Sequence record: DRR723986_5754
Direction: 5' to 3' (one strand)
Length of the DNA: 64,000 nt
Shown in pieces: positions 58,846 to 64,000 of the stretch. Every line of letters begins with the position of its first letter. Within the stretch, counting starts at the first letter, position 1. The notes below the pieces were generated by a model. The model was not told the origin of the DNA and searched no databases. It saw nothing but the letters and a program-made list of their open reading frames with translations. The translations under genes and the position numbers were made by a program.

Positions 58846-59049
58846 ATGAGCCAGAGTAGTAAAACGAACATTATGAGCAATCAGCATTCAGATGCGTCCG
58901 CTCGGCGCGACCGCTTGATACGGCTGACATATATTGCCATGGGGGTTGCTATACTTGGCTATATTTACACTGATAGCCTTCAGGCCCAACAAGCGGCGCA
59001 GCAACGCATTTCCATAAGCCAAGCAGCGGATTTTCCGAACGACATTTAG
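58846..59049 (+). CDS. Small single-pass membrane protein
   Basis: TM LTYIAMGVAILGYIY and C-terminus ISISQAADFPNDI. Fills the gap within the operon. Confidence 0.65.
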   Translation: MSQSSKTNIMSNQHSDASARRDRLIRLTYIAMGVAILGYIYTDSLQAQQAAQQRISISQAADFPNDI

Positions 59050-59089
59050 GCATCATTAATAGCCTCTCATTGTTATACAGGACCACGAT

Positions 59090-59848
59090 ATGAATAAATA
59101 TTTACTTCCTTTTGCTGTGTTTGCCGGAATCGCGGTTTTCATTCACCTTGCCTATCTTTTTGTGGTTATTCCCCAAGCAGAGCAGGCGGTCAGTTCGCTG
59201 GCTGAGGGGCAGTCGGTGTCGCGCAGTATCTGGGTTATCGTGAAAGACGGTGAGCAGGAAGTTTGCTTCATTCTTATGTTTTACGGCATTTATTTGATGG
59301 GCCAAAGCATGTACCGGCTGTGGTCCGAGAATTATCTGTTTGATGTGGATTTGCTGGAAGAAGCTGACGCCGAACATCATAGCCTTTCGGAAGTATTGAA
59401 CGACCTGGACCAGTTGGATGAAAACATACGGTCCACACCGTTGGTGCAGGCGCTGGCAGCAAGCCTTAGGCGGTTTCTTATTACTGGTAATGTGCAAAAT
59501 GCATCTGACGCTGTAACCACCAGTGTTGAAGCCTTGGCCGTGCGTATCGAAGCTGGCAATTCCATGATCCGCTATTTGATTTGGGCGATACCGTCCATTG
59601 GTTTTATCGGTACGGTGCGCGGTATTGGTGTGGCACTGTCTCGAGCCGATGAAGCGCTTGCTGGCGACATTGTGGGTATGACAGGGGCGCTGGGTGTGGC
59701 CTTCAATTCCACCATGGTGGCTTTGTTCATTAGTATTTTGTTGATGTTTTTACTACACTCGCTGCAAAAAATGCAGGACGACCTGCTCGTGAAAACCCAA
59801 GCATACTGTGAAAAAACCTTGTTGGAGCGGATCAGTAAAACGCCGTGA
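59090..59848 (+). CDS. MotA/TolQ/ExbB proton channel family protein
   Basis: AIPSIGFIGTVRGI and ALGVAFNSTMVAL channel helices with both conserved Thr positions. Confidence 0.92.
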   Translation: MNKYLLPFAVFAGIAVFIHLAYLFVVIPQAEQAVSSLAEGQSVSRSIWVIVKDGEQEVCFILMFYGIYLMGQSMYRLWSENYLFDVDLLEEADAEHHSLSEVLNDLDQLDENIRSTPLVQALAASLRRFLITGNVQNASDAVTTSVEALAVRIEAGNSMIRYLIWAIPSIGFIGTVRGIGVALSRADEALAGDIVGMTGALGVAFNSTMVALFISILLMFLLHSLQKMQDDLLVKTQAYCEKTLLERISKTP

Positions 59849-59900
59849 TGAACGCCCTTTTGCACATGGGTGACCACGGGCTGTTCTGGAGGCATAAGCG

Positions 59901-60944
59901 GTGGCCGTAAAAAGAAAAACTGAAAATACAACGCTGGCGTTTCTGGATATAATATCCTGCGGCCTCGGTGCGGTTATTCTGATTTTTCTGATCATTAAAC
60001 ATAATGAAGACTTTGGTTCCAACCAGACAGCCGACTTGAAGGCGCAGTTGGCGTCTCTGGTTGAACAGCGCCAGGTTATTAACGAGCAACAAGAAGGCCT
60101 AAAGCGACAAAATGCAGACGAAGAACAGGCGGGTAAATCATTAGAGGACCAGATTGTTGACGCGCAAGGTTTGTTAGCGGCGCTGAGCCAGCAAAACGCC
60201 AGCATGCGAGAAGAGAACAAATTGTTGGAAGAAACAATTGAGGAAATAGAACAGGCCGAACCAACGGAGGTCATTGAAGTTAAAGGCGCTGGTCAGGCCA
60301 ATTATATCATCGGTATGAAAGTGGAGGGCGCGCGTATTGCGTTTTTGATCGACCACAGCACGTCTATGACCTACCCAACTCTTGATCAAGCTATTGTGGC
60401 GAAGTTTGATAGTGATGCGCAGCGCAAAAATGCGCCTAAATGGCAACGAACCCTGCGCGTTTCAAAATGGTTGCTGGCCAATATGCCAACCCGGTCAGAT
60501 TTTGCCATGATAGGTTTTAACAATAAGGCTGGCATGCTGTCGCCCGGCGCATCATGGGCTTCTGCATCCAACCAAGCGGACCTTAACGCCGCGGTGCAAA
60601 ATATTTCTGCTATTGCGCCAACCGGCGGCACAAACCTTGAAAGTGCTGTGCAGATGGCGCTGAATTTAAACCCAAGACCGACAAATATTTACATTGTTAC
60701 AGATGGCCTGCCAACGCAGGGCAGCGCGCCTTGCGCACGGCGACAGTCAATAACGCCCAAATGCCGCATGAGCCTTTTGGCAAATGTGTCGAAAACCTTT
60801 AATAGAACATTCCCTACTGGGCGGGTGCCAATTAACACCATTCTTTTGCCCATGACTGGCGACCCTGACGCCCTGCCGCAATTTTGGGGCTGGGCAAATG
60901 CAACCAAAGGGGTGGTGTTGTCTCCGTCGGAGAAGTGGCCGTGA
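59901..60944 (+). CDS. TM(Asp)-coiled-coil-VWA protein 1
   Basis: GGAGG RBS and GTG start. TM LAFLDIISCGLGAVILIFLII, coiled coil, MIDAS FLIDHSTSM...GGTNL...VTDGLP. Confidence 0.85.
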   Translation: MAVKRKTENTTLAFLDIISCGLGAVILIFLIIKHNEDFGSNQTADLKAQLASLVEQRQVINEQQEGLKRQNADEEQAGKSLEDQIVDAQGLLAALSQQNASMREENKLLEETIEEIEQAEPTEVIEVKGAGQANYIIGMKVEGARIAFLIDHSTSMTYPTLDQAIVAKFDSDAQRKNAPKWQRTLRVSKWLLANMPTRSDFAMIGFNNKAGMLSPGASWASASNQADLNAAVQNISAIAPTGGTNLESAVQMALNLNPRPTNIYIVTDGLPTQGSAPCARRQSITPKCRMSLLANVSKTFNRTFPTGRVPINTILLPMTGDPDALPQFWGWANATKGVVLSPSEKWP

Positions 60945-61906
60945 AAGTCAGAGACCGCAGCATTGATATCTTCAGCTTGTCTTTTCTGGACATTGTTTCC
61001 TGCGCATTCGGCGCAGTTGTTTTGTTGTTGATAATTTCCAAACCAGATCTGTCTTCGGAAAACGGGGCCAGTGAAAGCATGGAGCTTTTGCGCCAACTGT
61101 ATCGGGCAGAGGCTGAAAATATTCAAATTGCAGAACTGAGCGAGCAGGAAAAACTCAATTTGGACGGTAGTAAAAATAAGAATGAGGCGCTGGCCCAGCA
61201 ACTTGAGGATATTCAGCAAAACACCCGAAAGGAAGAGTTTACCGCCGCAGAGCTTGCTAAAGCTCGCGCTGTTATCGAAGAAGCAAAAAAACAAATTGAG
61301 CAGTTGGCGCAGGTTCGTGATACCACACCGGACCCTGACCCCACAGACGAGGTTGGCGGAATAATTGTTGATAGCGACTATATTATTTTTGTGATCGATA
61401 CCTCTGGCAGTATGCGCGATAAATGGCAGCATGTTAAAAGCGTGATCGACAACGTACTAACCATGCACCCACAAGTTAAGGGCTTTCAAATCATCAATGA
61501 CAATGGGTTTTACTTAAAGAAAAAAGGTGGCTGGATACCGGACACAAAAACAGAGCGTAGCTTGGCGCTTATTCAAACCAACAGGTGGTCTCCCAATTCA
61601 AATAGCAGCCCCTATGAAGGCGTTGCGGAGGCGTTAAGGGCTTATGGCAGAGATGGCCGGAAATTGGCCATTTATGTTTTTGGTGACGATTTCTCCACCG
61701 GTCGCTTTGATGACACCGCCGCGTCAATCAGCGCGCTGAACAAGTCCAGCATTACAGGCGAAAGGCTGGCGCGAATTCACGGCATTGGCTTTGCTGTACG
61801 CTCGGGCCGTTACGGCGCTGTTGACAGTGGCGGATACACTTTTTCAGTGCTGATGAGTGCCGTTGCACGGGAAAATGCGGGCACCTACTTGGGCCTGTCA
61901 CAATAA
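60941..61906 (+). CDS. TM(Asp)-coiled-coil-VWA protein 2
   Basis: Start corrected to GTG 60941 (GTGA overlap with the previous stop). TM LSFLDIVSCAFGAVVLLLII, coiled coil, MIDAS FVIDTSGSM...YVFGDDF. Confidence 0.85.
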   Translation: MKVRDRSIDIFSLSFLDIVSCAFGAVVLLLIISKPDLSSENGASESMELLRQLYRAEAENIQIAELSEQEKLNLDGSKNKNEALAQQLEDIQQNTRKEEFTAAELAKARAVIEEAKKQIEQLAQVRDTTPDPDPTDEVGGIIVDSDYIIFVIDTSGSMRDKWQHVKSVIDNVLTMHPQVKGFQIINDNGFYLKKKGGWIPDTKTERSLALIQTNRWSPNSNSSPYEGVAEALRAYGRDGRKLAIYVFGDDFSTGRFDDTAASISALNKSSITGERLARIHGIGFAVRSGRYGAVDSGGYTFSVLMSAVARENAGTYLGLSQ

Positions 61907-62058
61907 AAATTCATGTGATTTAGTATGCCGCTAGCTCAATGCAATAAGTTATTGGTGAAGAGGTGAACGTCGTCTTTTTGCGTTTATGAGGTGGCTGATC
62001 AAGCTGATCTATCCTATCGTGATATTGTTCGGGTGAAATATAGTCAGGGAGACAAGAC

Positions 62059-63351
62059 ATGCTGCGACTTATTTATGGGATTGCCTTAATTTGGGGGATC
62101 ACAACTCCGTGCTTTGCAGCCGAAGATACTTCGCCTTGGACAGCTATACGCAATGAGCGCATCGCCACCCTTTTACCCCAGGCATTGAAAGCCTCTGACG
62201 CAGACCTGTGGTTGGTGATTTGCCGCGAAAATAACAATGACCCACTTGCTGATCATGTCGGCTGCGAAAATGCCGGCTCAACCGCGGCTTTCATGTTTTA
62301 TACGGATGAAACAGGGTTTCACTCGCTGGTGTTTTCGCCCTCCGGCGAGGCTACCGCCCTTGATAGCCTGAATATCCATGACAGGGTAATTCCTGTGCGG
62401 CGTGGGACCTCGGCGATACAACAGGCGACGGGTTTTATCCGAGAAAAGAACTTTCGGTCCATCGCGGTTAATATGTCCAGCAATGCTCAAGCTGACGGGC
62501 TTAGCCATACGCAGTGGCAAAATTTGACCAATCTTTTGGGCCCTGATTTTAGCAAACGGTTAAAGTCATCGGAAGACCTTGTTTATGAGTGGTTGTCTAT
62601 CAAGCTACCGGCAGAAGTCGACATTATGCGGCGTGCAGCAGAAATAACGGCAGCGCTGGAAATTGAGGCCTACGCGCAGGTGACACCCGGCGTATCAACT
62701 GATGCGGATATCGCTAAATTTTTGAAAAAGCGTATGCAGGAATTGGGTGTAACCGATGCGTGGCATCCCGACCAAAACCCCAATGTGAATTCCGGCCCTG
62801 ACCGCGGTCATTCTCATGCAACCGATAAGGTGATTATGCCCGGTGATGTTATCCAAATTGATTTCGGTATTAAGCTTCATAAACGCTGGGTTAGTGATAT
62901 TCAGCGATTTGCGTATGTTCTAAAGCCCGGCGAGACAAAGGCGCCAGATGATATTCAATATTATTGGAACAGTGCGCGCGCCGGTGGCTATGCTGCCTTT
63001 AAGGCTATGCGCCCCGGAGTAAAAGGCATTGAGGTGGATGCGGCGCAAAGCATATTGATGAAATCCGCCGGGTCAGAATATGTGCCGTGGTCAACGGGGC
63101 ACCCGGTTGGTTATGTGGCACATGATACCGGCCCAAATCTTGGTGGGTCTCGCACTAAAAGTATGCGGCCAGCAGCGCAGAAGCGCCTTAAAGCCGGAAT
63201 GGTTTTTGCTTTTGATGGTTTCCATAGCTGGAAGCGAGCGGACGGCACCTTTAAAACGATTTCCGTGGAAGAAATGGCGGTTATCACCGAAGAGGGTGCC
63301 GACTATCTTATTCCCCGGCAAATGGACTTGATATTGATACCCAGCGAGTAA
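62059..63351 (+). CDS. Exported M24-family (Xaa-Pro-type) metallopeptidase
   Basis: Signal peptide; IQIDFG, SDIQR, TGHPVGYVAHDTGP and VEEM pita-bread-fold motifs. Confidence 0.85.
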   Translation: MLRLIYGIALIWGITTPCFAAEDTSPWTAIRNERIATLLPQALKASDADLWLVICRENNNDPLADHVGCENAGSTAAFMFYTDETGFHSLVFSPSGEATALDSLNIHDRVIPVRRGTSAIQQATGFIREKNFRSIAVNMSSNAQADGLSHTQWQNLTNLLGPDFSKRLKSSEDLVYEWLSIKLPAEVDIMRRAAEITAALEIEAYAQVTPGVSTDADIAKFLKKRMQELGVTDAWHPDQNPNVNSGPDRGHSHATDKVIMPGDVIQIDFGIKLHKRWVSDIQRFAYVLKPGETKAPDDIQYYWNSARAGGYAAFKAMRPGVKGIEVDAAQSILMKSAGSEYVPWSTGHPVGYVAHDTGPNLGGSRTKSMRPAAQKRLKAGMVFAFDGFHSWKRADGTFKTISVEEMAVITEEGADYLIPRQMDLILIPSE

Positions 63352-63426
63352 ACACCTAAAGGCTAAGTCTTTGACGTAAAAACGCTTGTTTGTGTCAACT
63401 TGGTCTTAAAATAGGAATCAAAAGCT

Positions 63427-64000
63427 ATCAATTTAGTTCTTTCCATAGCCATTACCCTTACGCTTTTTACTTCTGTGATCATTGTGATTAGGTTTGGAGG
63501 AACGCAGCTAAAGGGTGACGATCCATTATCGCTGTTAGCCTTCATGGCGGTTTTATTTACCTCGGGTCTTGATGTTGGCTTGATTATGTTTCCGCTGACG
63601 GAATTCCCCGTTTATGAAGCAGAGACACCTTATGGCTTTACCAACGCGCTCGCCATTGAGTTTGGCTTTTGGGGTTTCCTTGTTTGGGCATTTTACTTCC
63701 TGACAACCTTCTATTTTTGTGTGGTTGAGCCAAAGCTCAAGCTTTTTGATATTGCCTGGATCAAGTTCCTCAATAATACAGTTATTATAGCAACATGCGC
63801 TTTCACAGGTTTCCTATTCCTTAGTTATTTACCTAATTATATCAGCGGAATAACAGATTTTTATAGATACAGCCTGGTGGCTTTGGTTGTTCTGCTCGCG
63901 GTCTTTTCCAGTACAGATATACGCTATGTAAAATGGCTTAGCCTCGGCTCAAGCGCTTTGTTTCTAGGGCTTATTTGTGTGCTGTTTTTGGTCAGCGATA
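63427..64000 (+). CDS. BCCT-family (betaine/choline/carnitine) transporter, 5' part (absent from the ORF track)
   Basis: Manual translation is open to the window end: ...FMAVLFTSGLDVGLIMFPLTEF...LAIEFGFWGFLVWAFYF. The apparent start codon is ATC; first canonical in-frame start is GTG 63475. Confidence 0.75.
   Translation, partial: MNLVLSIAITLTLFTSVIIVIRFGGTQLKGDDPLSLLAFMAVLFTSGLDVGLIMFPLTEFPVYEAETPYGFTNALAIEFGFWGFLVWAFYFLTTFYFCVVEPKLKLFDIAWIKFLNNTVIIATCAFTGFLFLSYLPNYISGITDFYRYSLVALVVLLAVFSSTDIRYVKWLSLGSSALFLGLICVLFLVSD

Noticed and set aside
59090-61906. Zorya, Tol-Pal, TonB-ExbBD or flagellar stator assignment
   Set aside because: There is no long ZorA tail, no OmpA/PG-binding domain, and no zorC/D/E, tolB/pal, TonB receptor or flagellar genes. 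The partners carry VWA domains instead.

Overview
Bacterial chromosome segment, most likely from an alphaproteobacterium (it has ALA-synthase hemA, an alpha-type photosynthesis gene order, and an XRE/RamB-type regulator with aceA and glcB). It has three parts. (1) 1-41951 is a nearly complete photosynthesis gene cluster of an aerobic anoxygenic phototroph: bchG (partial)-ppsR-ppaA, bchFNBHLM-lhaA-puhABC-hyp-acsF-puhE-hemA-crtA, bchCXYZ-pufQBALMC, crtEF, crtDC, bchIDO-crtIB and bciA. PpsR TGT-N12-ACA boxes are visible at six promoter regions, and an unannotated 57-aa membrane ORF follows crtB. (2) 42207-52542 holds a double-HxlR regulator, a carotenoid-oxygenase-family enzyme, an SCP2-type thiolase, a DUF1295 protein and the glyoxylate shunt with its regulator. 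(3) 52736-61906 is an eight-gene co-oriented envelope cluster and the best candidate for an uncharacterised system. It encodes one MotA/TolQ/ExbB channel subunit and two paralogous partners built as Asp-containing TM helix, coiled coil and VWA (MIDAS) domain. It also encodes membrane-anchored PEGA and PEGA-SUMF1 proteins, two exported proteins and a small membrane protein. Together these look like an ion-driven 5:2 motor with VWA-tipped stalks. An exported M24 peptidase and a BCCT transporter cut by the window edge follow. No rRNA, tRNA, CRISPR or mobile element was recognised. All calls come from motif recognition by eye; no searches were run.
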